Source: Jimgerdemannia flammicorona (Eukaryota). Taken from it: DNA of 48,873 bases. Shown in pieces: positions 28,401 through 41,100 of this stretch (position 1 is the stretch's first letter; every line of letters starts with the position of its first letter). A model generated the notes under the pieces. It saw nothing but the letters and a program-made list of their open reading frames with translations, did no database searches and was not told the origin of the DNA. The stretch spans positions 1-48,873 of the forward strand of contig RBNJ01000035.1 in NCBI GenBank assembly GCA_003990765.1, written 5' to 3'. The position numbers and the translations under genes were made by a program.

Positions 28401-30305
28401 AACTCAAGAACCGCCTGACCCATGCACCTGTCCTTAGAAACATGGACCCAAACTTGAAGTTCACGGTCACTACAGATACATCTAACTTTGCCATTGGTGC
28501 AGTCATTTCTCAAGATGATGGTCAAGGACACTGACCTATTGCCTTTGAGTCAAGAAAATTGTCCCCAGCAGAACAAAAGCTGGCTACTCATGAAAAGGAA
28601 CTCCTGGCAATCATACATGCCCTCAAGACCTGGCGATACTATCTAGAAGGAGTTGAGTTCGACATGATCACCGATCACAGATCCCTTCAGTATATCAATA
28701 CTCAACCAACCCTTTCTTGCCAACAAGCCAAGTGGAGTCAACTGCTTCAGACCTTTACCCCAAACATCATCTACAAGCCTGGCAAAACTCTAGTTATACC
28801 AGACGCACTTTCAAGGAGACCTGACCTTGCCACGATTTTACAAGTCACCATGGCACCTGAATTCCTCAACCAGATCAAGAAGGCATACGAACAAGACTCT
28901 CTGGTTCTACAAAGGAACACCAAGGAATTCAAGGAAAAGTACACCATTAAGGACAACCTTGTGTACTATCAAGACAAAGTATATATTCCTGCCAACCCTG
29001 AACTATGGTACAAGATTCTCCATGAACACCATGACTCCCTACTAGCTGGCCACCTTGGAACTGAGAAGACCATCAAGAATATCCAACAAGACTACTACTG
29101 GCCAAACATGCTCAAGGAAATCAAGGAGTATGTCCAAAGCTGTGATCTTTACCAAAGAATACAAGTCAAGCAACCAAGCACCTGCTGGTCTTCTACAACC
29201 CTTGTCAATTCTGACCAAGAAGTTCGAACAAGTCACAATGGACTTCATTGTGCAACTCCCACGAATCAAAACAGGCTATGATGCTATTGTTGTGTTTGTG
29301 GACCGTCTCACCAAGATTACATTTGCCAAGCCAACCACAACCAATGCCACTGCCCCAGAAATTGCAAGAATCTTCTTCAAGACTGTCTTCTGCCATTATG
29401 GACTTCCCTGAGTAATTATCAGTGACCGCGACCCCAAATTCACAAGTCACTTCTGGCAAGCACTCTTCAAGACCCTTGGAACCCAAATTGCTATGTCTAC
29501 AGCTTTCCATCCTCAAACTGATGGACAGACAGAGCGAATGAACAGAACACTTGAACAAATGCTCAGAAACTATGTATCCTATGAGCAAGATAATTGGGAC
29601 CACTATCTGACTTACACCGAGTTCACCTACAACAATGCCAACTAATTATCAACGGGTCTTTCCCCATTTCAGCTACTTCACAGTCAAAACCCCGAGACCC
29701 CTGCAAGTCTAGTCCAATTCCAGCAATCCAGTCACACACAAGTCCCCACAGCCCAGAACCTTATCGACAAAATGGATTCCCTTCTCAAGATCACCACTAC
29801 GAACCTGAAAAAGGCTCAGCAACATCAAGCTAAGTATGCAGATAAGAAGCGGCGAGATGTCATATACAACATTGGCAATATGGTTCTACTCAAAGCCGAC
29901 AACATCAAGGCTCAATCTCAAGTCAACTGCCAGTCAGCCAAATTCCAGCCCAAGTACCTTGGACCCTTCGAGATCACCGAGCAAGTCTCTACCTGGTCTT
30001 ACCATCTCAACTTGCCGACAACCATGCATATACACCCAGTATTCCATGTGTCACAACTCAAGACCTGGAACCAGTCACCCCCATACCCTGGCCAAATTCC
30101 AATGCCATCAGCACCAGTCATAGTTGAAGACCACATCGAGTATGAAGTCAAGAAAATCTTAGACAAACGAGTCTGATACCGTCGCACAGAATACCTAGTC
30201 AAGTGGATGGGCTACCCTGAATATGACGCCACCTGGGAATCTGCTGCCAACCTCAAGAACTCCCAAGACCTCATCCAAGAGTTCGAGCAAAAAGGAACTC
30301 ATTGA
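25460..30305 (+). pseudogene. Single gag-dUTPase-protease-RT-RNaseH-integrase-chromodomain polyprotein, inactivated
   Basis: Gag LLRGNAAIWW, PAPMDLD and CFFC...H....C knuckle; dUTPase motifs; LIDSGA protease; [10 protein letters not shown] and YIDD RT; TDTS and HEKELLAI RNase H; HHDS..AGHLG and MDFI..VDRLT integrase; GPF; EYEVKKILD..YLVKW.GY...DATWE chromodomain. In-frame stops at 25475, 26018, 26099, 26510, 26828, 26933, 27404, 28532, 29409, 29643 and 30174, plus one frameshift near 29160. Confidence 0.93.
26490..26910 (+). pseudogene. dUTPase domain within the retrotransposon polyprotein
   Basis: All five trimeric dUTPase motifs in order: GLDLQA, ARIALRSGL, GAGVIDPEFRGE, GDRIAQLI, RDQKGFGST. 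Confidence 0.93.
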
Positions 30306-31874
30306 CTGCCCATGAGGTTCTCCCCTTGGATAGTAGATGACCTACTGTGCTGATCAGGTACATTACACATTGGGGCTCTCTAAGAGATACAGCATCAGAA
30401 GCAAGAGATATAGGAGAACCCTATAAATCCTGCAACCAACGAGGTTCAAACCAGTTCTCATTTGATCAAGATGATACTTTGGCCCTTGCCTTATACAAGG
30501 ATGGCCAATCCTTGCCAATGAGTCAGTATATTTAATTTGAAGTTTCTTTTAGTCTTATTGTTTATTATGTATAACTTTGAGAATTCAACGAGGACGTTGA
30601 TTCTTAAGGAGGGGGAGATGTAACATTTTAGCATAGTTTATTCCTTTTCTTTGTCTTTCTCCAATATTCTACAACCTTCTGGTATTTTCCGAATGCTTAG
30701 AAATTCTTTCTTGGCACCGAGCATTAACTAGTACTTATTTAGTTAGTCACTGAATGTCCTGGAAACTTGTAGAACGTTATTTGTCATCATTTGTCATCTT
30801 TGCCAAGAACTTTCCTCTTGACATTTTCCTTTGATTTCTCAGATCCTTCCGGATCCTTCTTTCAGATCTTGTATAAATAACCCCTTTGTTCTCATGAATA
30901 AAGTCTCAGAATATTTTTCTCCCAGAAATCCTTCGAGAATACTTGAATCCTTAGTATCTCTTCGAGTTACTTAGGACTACCAGAATTAGTCGCTTCCTCA
31001 TTTAGAAACTAGAACCGTTACAGCTAATATCTAAATAATATTTGATACTAAGTTCTAATTATAGTACAATTCTGATATAATATCCTTCAGGATATTGGAC
31101 TGCAATTCCAGTAGGTACCAGAGTTCAGCCTTTGGCTGAAATAGTGACTTACTTAACAGAGTATAGGTCAAGATCAATGACTTCTTCTAATTGATATTAT
31201 AGAATCTGGATCTTCAGATGAAGCTTCTTGATCTTGAGTTTAGATTGACTGATAGTGGAATTGATAGAGGTATCTTTGGATAATATAGTGACTAGTCTTG
31301 AGAGTTCACTGGTTTTTTTAAAATATTTGGTTGCAATGTATCTTATTTAGTAACAGAAGAAATTAGCTTTAAATTTCTTTAGATAATTTTTTTCTTCTGG
31401 AGTAAGCTTAGTATTCTTCTTATTTATAGTATCTAGATTTATTAGTACTGGGCCAACTACTTTGGATTGGTTCTTGTGATAGTTCTTGAAGTAATATTTC
31501 TTGTAGTATTCTAGTTTAAAGTAGTTATCAAAGATAATAACATCAAATCTATCAGCAATTCTTATAGTTTTATAGAGGGTCTGTAGCTCTTCTAGCTCAA
31601 TCTTAACTCATATGTTTTCTTTCAGATCTCAGATATAGTAGTCTATCTTTTCATCTTTAGATATTGTTAATAGTTTAAGTAGAATTGATAGAAATTATAT
31701 ATTATAACTTTATATAGACTTAAGTTACTTAAAATTTACTAGCTTGTCTCAGACTAGCTTAGTAGAATTAGTAGACTTAAACTACTAGTAAAGGGCCTTC
31801 TTAAAGGATTTCTAATCTTGGATTCTTGTATTTGAATAGATAGTAGTGATTATAATATAATTATACTACTAAAT

Positions 31875-32276
31875 TGTAACATTTTAGTATAGTTTATTCC
31901 TTTTCTTTGTCTTTCTTCAATATTCTATAACCTTCTGATACTTTCTGAATACTTAGAAATCCTTTCTTGGTACCGAGCATTAACTAGTACTTATTTAGTT
32001 AGTCACTGAATGTTCTGGAAACTTGTAGAACTTTATTTGTCATTATTTGTCATCTTTGCTGAGACTTTCCTCTTGGCATTTTCCTTTGATTTCTCAGATC
32101 CTTCCAGATCCTTCTTTCAGATCTTGTATAAATATCCCCTTTGTTCTTATAAATAAAGTCTCAGAATATTTTCTCTCAGAAATCCTTCAAGAATACTTGA
32201 ATTCTTAGTATCTCTTCGAGCTACTTAGGACTACCAGAATTAGTCACTTCCTTATTTAGAAACTAGAACCATTACA
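31875..32276 (+). mobile_element. Solo LTR of the element B family inserted in gag of element A
   Basis: Matches the 24988-25391 LTR end to end (TGTAAC..TTACA), with perfect TSD TAAAT (31870-31874, 32277-32281). Confidence 0.95.
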
Positions 32277-33134
32277 TAAATGGTCATATTTCCTCAAAGA
32301 AGTATGGCAGCAAATTGAACTTGTATATCTTCTTTCACTCTTATAAGTTTGAAGTATTGGTCTAACTGGAAGGTCCATGCATCTGTGGTTAGTCCTCCTC
32401 AGTGACTATCAAAGATATCTGACTTGAGTGGCTTGAAGCTAATCAGTATAGTGGTAGGATATAATATAGTTATAGTTCTTGTTTTCTGATATTCTAGTTG
32501 TACTTAAAGTTGTCAAATTTGATGGGCTATAGTGGTAATCATATTCTCTAGATTGACTTGTAATTTCATATTGTCTGCTTCTTCTATAACAGAGGAGTCT
32601 AGATAGTAGGCTGATCTTTCATAGCTCATTTGGACTTATATGACTAGTTGTGACTAGTTTCTGAATTCATATAAGGTTTCTTAATAAGGCAATATATAAT
32701 AATACTACTACTACTAAATATAATAGTTCTAGTTTCTTTAAGAAGAAGTAGCTAAAACTAGTAATTCTGATGGACGTAAAGTAGCTTAAAGAGATACTTA
32801 TAGGTTCAAGTATTTAAAGAAATTCTAAGAGAAAATATTCTGAACTTTATTTAAGTAGAGAATAATGATATTTATATAAGATCTGAAAGAAAGATCTAGA
32901 AGGATCTCAGAAAAGAAGAAAAAAGCCAAAAAATAGATTCTTGATAAAGATGACTAATAGAATTCTACAATGTTTCAAAAGGTTCTATAACTAGCTAAGA
33001 TAAGAGACTTAGTGCTGAAAAAAGACAAGAATATTCTAGTAATGTCTTGGTATCAAGAGAAGGTTTCTAGATATTTGGAAGCTGCTGGAACATAGTAGAA
33101 TATTTAAGAAAAGATAAGAAAAGACTAGAGAAAA

Positions 33135-33591
33135 GACATAAGACTAAGATATGACTGTAAAATTATTATAGCTTATCTATAATTTTCTCCTTATAGTCTA
33201 GTTTGGTAATCTTGGTACTGATAAAAACTCCTTTTTCTATAGATCTGAATCCTTTCCTTTCTCTCTCTATTTTTTTTAGTTTTTTTACTTCTATGATCTT
33301 AAGTTATAGTATTAGAAAGATAAGTATTTATATTATTCAGTACTTCTTAACTATAAACAGAATTATAGAGTTATGGTTTCTAGTAATGAGCAGAATTTTT
33401 TCAATATAATCAGAATTAATTACTTCTCTTTTAATAGAAATTTCACTTTTGACTAAACTACTTCTTATCTTGAGTATTCTAATATAGTTCTTGAAAATAG
33501 TCATCTCTAGATTAGTTGTAAGTAGAATAATTATCTGGGGTTCAAGAACTATTTCTTCAATAATAGTGATATTTATTTCAGCATCTTTCTC
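33135..33591 (+). repeat. Left copy of the 457-bp direct duplication flanking the PLE array
   Basis: Matches 47261-47717 with about 5 differences counted by eye, all transitions. Ends directly at the T19 tract 33592-33610. Confidence 0.95.
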
Positions 33592-36500
33592 TTTTTTTTT
33601 TTTTTTTTTTATTATAAAATGAGTAGATAATAGAGGAATAGTTTAGAGCGAGATGTGATACTGTTATAGCGGATATGAAGGTCGGTGGTAAGAGGTCAAA
33701 ACAGAGAAAGCAGTAAACATATGTGAATTTTCACGACGGAACAAAAACAAGCGGAATAAAGTGTTTTCTAAAGTAAGGTGCAATAGATCTGCAACCTGCC
33801 TATGGCACCGCAATCTGTGATGGTCTTTATTCAAAATTGAGAACAAAGTTCAGATAAACAAAGACACAGATCTAACCCTGGAATTCCGGAATTGGACAGG
33901 TGCATAAGTACCTGAGCCTTGCCCTGAACCAAACAAAGGTCTGAATCGGGCATCATCGATCTATACACATGACGGGCCATTAAAAACCCGATATAGTAAC
34001 AATCGGGAAAAGATACCGGTCATGTGATCTAATGTTACACAAACAATAAACAATGCTAAAAACGGAACTAGACCAATGACGTGTCACATGTCATCATGTG
34101 ATTGTCACTTATAGGTTTAAAAACCTAAAAATCATCAGCACCTGAAGGCATAGGCATCAGGCCTAGAGCCTCGTGACCGGAGCAGAGTAGAGCCTCGGTA
34201 CCAGAGCAAGTGAAGTGAGCAGAGGTAGCCAGGCATCATGGAGCATAGGTACACAGGCGTCAGGCCTAAAGCCTTGCACCGGAGGTTGTCCAGCGATTTT
34301 TCGCGTTTTTAAATATCGCACGGCATGTACGAGTGGTGCGGCCTTCAAGGAGGACTTAGAGTGAAGCTGGTGTTTGAGATGGCATTAAGAATGGTAAAAC
34401 CATTCTTCTGGGCGATAATTGGTCGTCGGGCAGTTGCAGAGAAACCAAAACGAAGCAAAGCGGTACATAGAGTCTTGTCGGGCTATTGATGTAGCCATCG
34501 GGCCATGTCGTATTGGACGACAAGCAATGGGGGAGGAAAAGCGGAGTGGGGGATAGGGGGGTGGGAAATAAGGGGAGGGGTGAGAAGTGAAGTTCGGACC
34601 TTAAGCCAATCAACCAAACTCAATTGAGCAGTTACAACATCAACAGGGTATCCTTTCCTGTGAACCAGGAATTCGGCCAAAGACCGACACTCATCAAGCC
34701 AATCATGGTGAGATGAGCAGAGTAGCAAAAGGCAGCAGGCCTTGTTCACAATGCATAGACGGAGTGTCTTCCTAGGATGATTGCTCAACCAGTCAACAAA
34801 CTGAGTACTACGCAGGAATTTGGCAAAGCGGCCTGTGTGGAATAGTGCAACTCGGATTTCCAGGTCTAAGTAATGGCATGGTCCGGCGGACAAGACTTCC
34901 CATTCGATACGATGGTGTGGCGGGTACATGACAGCAAAAATCGAGGCCAAGTCCATAATCGCGAGCGTAAAGACAATAAGATCGTCAATATACTGGTGGA
35001 ACTTTAGCCCGGCAGTGATGGCTTGGCTGAGCAGATGATTGGGCGCTTGCAAGATGCGCAACTCATGAGCAAAACCAACAAGATTGGCAAGATCTGGAGC
35101 ACAATTAGTGCCCATAGCAATACCAGTCACAGAGTGGAAGGAACCGATGGCGGATGTAAACATCATACGAGTCATGACTATGCGGACAAGGCCGAGAATG
35201 GCTTCAAGCAGCAATAAGCCAGGGGGGAAGGCCACTGTCGACAAAAAGGTGAGGCAGTCAATGCACTCATCTAATGTGATCCTGGTGTAGAAGGCGGCAA
35301 AATCTCCAGTAGCGATGTAGAAGCAATCTGACATGTCAAGGTAATCTGATCGAACCAACTGAAGCAGTTCTAACATATCATGTAGAGGTGAATAACGGGA
35401 ATAACCCACATTATGATGCAGATGGGCCGACTACAGGTGGAGAAAGTAAGATAGGAAACACAAAATCTCGGTTGTGGGAGAGTTAAATGCACCAACAATA
35501 GGACGCCATGCCACGCGAGCCCCTTTGTGTACCTTGGGCAAAGCGTGAAACACAGGTAGCTTATAATCGTTAGGCTCCATGAGGTGTTTCCAAATCGGCA
35601 TACAATTATGATCGCCGATACAGAACTTGAGTAGACCAAGCAGGTCTAGCCTCACTGATTTCTTAACATTATCAATTGTAGAGGGATCATTCACATATGC
35701 AGGATTGTGAAGGAGGGACCAAAGACCATCAAGATATAGAGCACGTGGTATAACAGTGAACCCCAGATTCTTGTCGGTAAGATAGACAGTAAAGTCATTA
35801 TGAGTATGGATGTCTTTAAGAAGGCGGTGGAACTTTTTCGGTACAAGTGCGCCGGATACATTCGTCATGGGTCAGACAGCTTGATTCAAAGCGGCACTCA
35901 TATAGAGCATAATTTGCATATTTTTCATACAGTGTGGCAGTTGCCATTTGGATGGCACCCAGGCAGAGATCTCTGGGACGTCATCAGGATTACCCATAGA
36001 TGTCCAGAAGGTGGCAAGGTCGAGATGCCATTGGAACGACGACAACGAAATCGGGTCGATGGTGCTGTTCATTGATGCCGACCCAGGGAGAATGAACTTA
36101 GAGCCAAAGTTCAGCATATACGTGAGCTCGGGGGTAAGCCAAAGCAGAGGTATATCAGTAACAAAGCCCTCCTTGGTAAACATCTGAAACCGAGAGACGA
36201 AAAACTGACTTAAGCGGGAACCGGGAAGAGAAGACATGAAGGCAAAATCCTCAATAGGTGTTAAGGCTGCTACCCCACGTGGAATGGGGACATCAGGGCC
36301 AAACCACGCTGCCAGAAAGTCATATAAGACTTCTGGGCTGGGGACCTCTAGTTTTTTGACACTAGAGGGCAGGCATCGCCGGCATTATGCCAGACGATAT
36401 GATGCTTGGCGGCAGTACACTTGTTGCACTGCGGCACAAACGCCCTGGTAGTACTCTTAGATGAGCGGCTCAAAGTCAATGAGCGGCTAGTCCTGGTAGA

Positions 36501-38191
36501 AGCAGAAGAAACGGACGGGGAAGGTGAAGCCTTACACGCTCACTTGACCCCTTTTACAGAACCCTCTGTCATAGCAGGGGCTAGGGGGCAAGGACCTCAG
36601 TGGGCCTTTGTAGGCACACCAAGGTATCCAGAACAGCTACGGCAGTTCGGCGCAACAGAGGCCGAGGTCACCTTCACCTCCTTCACCTTTCTCGCAGCCC
36701 CCGCAGGCATGGCAGTGGAGGGTAGGGGGGTGGGGACACTCTTTTTCGGTCGGGCAGAACCAGTAGCAGCAGAAGCAAATGTGTGTTTGGCACCCGGAGT
36801 AACAATCTTGGGGCGCTTCCCAAGCTCCTCGACCATGGCTTTGTGGACAGTGGTGGAAATCCCATCTTGCAGAGAGGAGGACACAGGGACTGTCAGGCGG
36901 ACGGCGGTGGCAGCAGCTTTAGCAGTGGTGGCAGCAGCAAGACAGCGAGACTGACGCATGACAACATCAAAACCACAGAACAGAAACAAGTTTGTCTTGG
37001 CCCGGTCAGTGGCAGCAAGGGTAGCGATATTTTTGCTAACCCCTTGAGTGATATCGACGGATACACCAAAAAATTAGTGGGCATCGGAAGAACCACCCAT
37101 GGCCTTGTCAATTTTAGCATGCTGGTCCTTAGCATACTGGGTGGCGGCATCTTGATCAGAGACAGTAGCCTCGATCGCGGCAGTGGCACAGCGCTTAGCT
37201 TCTGCCGAAGCAGTAGTAAGAGTGGCATCACGCTGCTCCTCAGGTAGGAGGGCGATGGCAGCAGCTACTTTCTTGGAAGGAATAAACCTCCAATCAGCAA
37301 CCTGGGCCCATAAGAACTCGGCATGGTGTTCTCTCGTGGCGGCAAGCTCAAGGGCGGAAAGCACTCCGGTGCAAGCAGCCTGGAAATAAGCAGAGACCTT
37401 GGCAGACGCGGCAGCAATATAGGCTGCAAGGTTGTTGAACTCCGCCAAATTGGCGAAGGAAGCTTTGGAGACGGTAGCATCGCCATCTACATTTATGTTA
37501 TCTGTCATGTTGTATATTATAAAACGAGTAGATAATAGAGGAATAGTTTAGAGCGAGATGTGATACTGTTACGGCAGATATGAAGGTTGGTGGTAAGAGA
37601 TCAAAACAGAGAAAGCGATAAATATATGTGAATTTTCATGACGGAACAAAAACAAGCAGAATAAAGTGTTTTCCGAAGCAAGGTACAATAGATCTACAAC
37701 CTGCCCATGGCACCGCAATCTGCGATGATCTTTATTCAAAATTGAGAATAAAGTTCGGATAAACAAAGACATGGATCAAACCCTGGAATTCTGGAATCGG
37801 ACAGGTGCATAAGTACCTGAGCCTTGCCCCGAACCAAACAAAGGTCTGAATCGGGTGTCGTCGATCTATACATGTGACAGGCCATTAAAAACCCGATATA
37901 GTAACAATTGGAAAAAGGTACCGGTCACGTGATCTAATGTTACACAAACAATAAAAAATGCTAAAAACAGAACTAGACCAATGATGTGTCACGTGTCATC
38001 ACGTGATTGTCACTTATAGGTTTAAAAACGTGAAAAATTGTCAGCACCCGAAGGCACAGGCGTCAGGCCTAGAGCCTCATGACCGGAGTAGAGTAGAGCC
38101 TTGGCACCGGAGCGAGCGAAGCGAGCGGAGGTAGCCAGGTGTCACGGAGTGTAGGTATGCAGGCATCAGGCCTAGAGCCTCACACCGGAGG
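33592..38191 (-). mobile_element. Endonuclease-less Penelope-like element, copy L1
   Basis: Terminal repeat - ORF1 (37508-36348) - RT ORF (36357-34345) - 3'UTR - terminal repeat - poly(A) (33592-33610). RT motifs LNFGSKF, TDKNLG, LPKVHK, WRPIVG, GDFAAFYT, GIAMGTNCAPDLANL, YIDD, YLDL, SNHP, GYP. Several premature stops. Confidence 0.92.
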
Positions 38192-41100
38192 TTTTTTTTT
38201 TTTTTTTTTTTTTTTTTTATTATAAAACGAGTAGATAATAGAGGAATAGTTTAGAGTGAGATGTGATACTGTTACGGCAGATATGAAGGTCAGTGGTAAG
38301 AGGTCAAAACAGAGAAAGCGGTAAACATATGTGAATTTTCACCATGGGAACAAAAACAAGTAGAATAAAGTGTTTTCTAAAGCAAGATGCAATAGATCTG
38401 CAACCCGCCCACGGCACCGCAATCTGCAATGGTCTTTATTCAAAATTGAGAACAAAGTTTGGATAAACAAAGACACAGATCTAACCCTGGAATTCCGGAA
38501 TCGGACAGGTGCATAAGTACCTGAGCCTTGCCCTGAACCAAACAAAGGTCTGAATCGGGCGTCATTGATCTACACATGTGATGGGCCATTAAAAACCCGA
38601 TATAGTAACAATTGGGAAAAGGTACCGGTCACGTGATCTAATGTTATACAAACAATAAACAATACTAAAAACGGAACTAGACCAATGACGTATCATGTGT
38701 CATCACGTGATTATCACTTATAGATTTAAAAACCTAAAAATCGTCGGCACCTGAAGGCGCAGGCATCAGGCCTAGAGCCTTGCAACTGGAGCAGAGTAGA
38801 GCCTCGGCACTGGAGCGAGCGAAGTGAGCGGAGGTAGCCAGGCGTCATGGAGTATAGGTACACAGGTATCAGGCCTAGAGCCTCGTGCTGGAGGTTGTCC
38901 GGCGATTTTATGTGTTTTTAAACATCGCATGGCACGTACGAGCGGTGTGGCCTTCAAGGAGGACTTAGAGCAAAGCTGGTGTTTGAGACGGCATTAAGAA
39001 TGGTAAAACCGTTCTTCCGGGCGATGATTGGTCATCAGGCAGTCGCAGGGAAACCAAAACGAAGTAAAGTGGTATGTAGAGTCTTGTCAGGCTGTTGATG
39101 TAGCCATCAGGCCATATTGTATTGGACAACAAGCAATGGGGGAGGAAAAGCGGAGTGGGGGATAGGGGGGTGGGAAATAAGGAGAGGAGTGAGAAGTAAA
39201 GTTCAGACCTCAAGCCAATCAACCAAACTCAATTGAGCAGTTACAACATCAACAGGGTATCCTTTCCTGTGAACCAGGAATTCGGCCAAAGACCAACACT
39301 CATCAAGCCAATCACAGTGAGATGAGCAGAGTAGCGAAAGGCGGTGGGCCTCATTCACAATGCATAGACGGAGTGTCTTCCTAGGATGATTGCTCAACCA
39401 GTCAACAAACTGAGTACTATGCAGGAATTTGGCAAAGCGGCCTGTGCGGAATGGTGCAACTCAGATTTCCAGGTCTAAGTAATGATATGGTCCAGCAGAC
39501 AAGACTTCCCATTCGATATGATGGTGCGGTGGGTACATGGCAGCAAAAATCGAGGCCAAGTCCATAATCGTGGGCGTAAAGACAATAAGATCATCAATAT
39601 ACTGGCAGAACTTTAGCCTGGCAGCAATGGCTCGGCTGAGCAGATGATTGGGTGCTTGCAAGGCATGCAACTCATGAGCAAAACCAACAAGATTGGCAAG
39701 ATCCGGAGCACAATTAGTGCCCATAGCAATACCAGTCACAGAGTGGAAGGAACTGATGGCAGATATAAACGTTATATGAGTCATGACTATGCAGACAAGG
39801 CCGAGAATGGCTTCAAGCAGCAATGAGCCAGGGGGGAAGGCCACTATCAACAAAAAGGTGAGGCAGTTGATGCACTCATCTAATGTGATCCTAGTGTAGA
39901 AGGTGGCGAAATCTCCAGCAGTGATGTAGAAGCAATCTGACATGTCAAGGTAATCTGATCGAACCAACTGAAGCAGTTCTAACATATCACGTAGAGGTGA
40001 ATAACGGAAATAACCCACATTATGGTGCAGATGGGCTGACCATAGGCAGAGAAAGCGAGATAGGAAACGCGAAATCTCGGTCGTGGGAGAGTTAAACACA
40101 CCAACGATAGGGCACCATGCCATGCAAGCCCCTTTGTGTACCTTGGGCAAAGCATGAAACACAGATAGCTTACAATCATTAGGCTCCATGAGGTGTTCCC
40201 AAATCGGTATACAATTATGATCGCCGATGCAGAACTCGAGTAGACCAAGCAGGTCTAGCCTCACTGATTCCTTAATGTTATCAATTATAGAGGGATCATT
40301 CACGTATGCAGGATCGTGAAGGAGGGACCGAAGACCATCAAGATATAGAGCACGCAGTATAACGGCGAACCCCAGATTCTTGTCGATAAGACAGACAGTA
40401 AAGTCATCATGAGTATGGATGCCTTTAAGAAGGTGGCAGAACTTCTTCAGTACAAGCACGCTGGATACATTCGTCATGGGTCAGACAGCTTGATTTAAAG
40501 CGGCACTCATATGGAGCATAATTTGCATATTTTCCATACAGTGCGGCAGTCGCCATTTGGATGGCACCCAGGCAGAGATCTCTGGGACGTTGTCAGGATT
40601 ACCCATAGAGGTCCAGAAGGTGGCAAGGTCGAGACGCTGTTGGAACGACGATAATGAAATCGGGTCGATGGTGCTGTTCATCGATGCCGACCCAGGGAGA
40701 ATGAACTTAGGGCCAAAGTTCAGCATATACGTGAGCTCGGGGATAAGCCAAGGCAGAGGTATATCAGTAACAAAGCCCTCCTTGGTAAACATCCGAAACC
40801 AAGAGATGAAAAACTGACTTAAGCGGGAACCGGGAAGAGAAGACAAGAAGGCAAAATCCTCAATAGGTGTCGAGGCCGCTACTCCACGTGGAATGGGGAC
40901 ATCAGGGCCAAATCACGCTACCGGGAAGTCGTATAAGACTTCCAGGCTGGGGACCTCTAGTTTTTTGATGCTAGAGGGCAGGCATCGCCGGCATTATGTC
41001 AGACGATATGATGCTTGGCGGCAGTACACTTGTTGCACTGCAGCACAAACGCCCTGGCGGCACTCTTAGATGAGTGGCTCGAAGTCGATGAGCAGCTGGT

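Larger units (their letters stand above)
24988..31022 (+). mobile_element. Younger full-length Ty3/gypsy chromovirus (element B) with dUTPase
   Basis: 404-bp LTRs at 24988-25391 and 30619-31022 (TGTAAC..TTACA). Perfect TSD GCTAA (24983-24987, 31023-31027). PBS TGGTAGCAGCGG right after the 5' LTR; PPT AAGGAGGGGGAGA before the 3' LTR. Confidence 0.97.
20170..33170 (-). mobile_element. Old, degenerate full-length Ty3/gypsy chromovirus (element A) carrying nested insertions
   Basis: LTRs at 32719-33170 (5') and 20170-20615 (3'), with termini eroded from TG..CA. TSD ACTTA (20165-20169) / GCTTA (33171-33175). Decayed PBS at about 32702-32718 and PPT at 20616-20632. The interior is collinear in reverse complement with gag, dUTPase, PR, RT, RH, IN and chromodomain of the element at 24988-31022, but full of stops. 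Confidence 0.9.

Noticed and set aside
33203-33409. Hydrophobic 68-aa ORF duplicated at 47329
   Set aside because: Chance ORF in AT-eroded DNA inside the 457-bp duplication.
36406-37535. Long antisense ORFs over PLE ORF1 (also 41015-41998 and 43473-44441)
   Set aside because: Shadow frames of a GC/Ala-rich coding strand with no recognisable domain.
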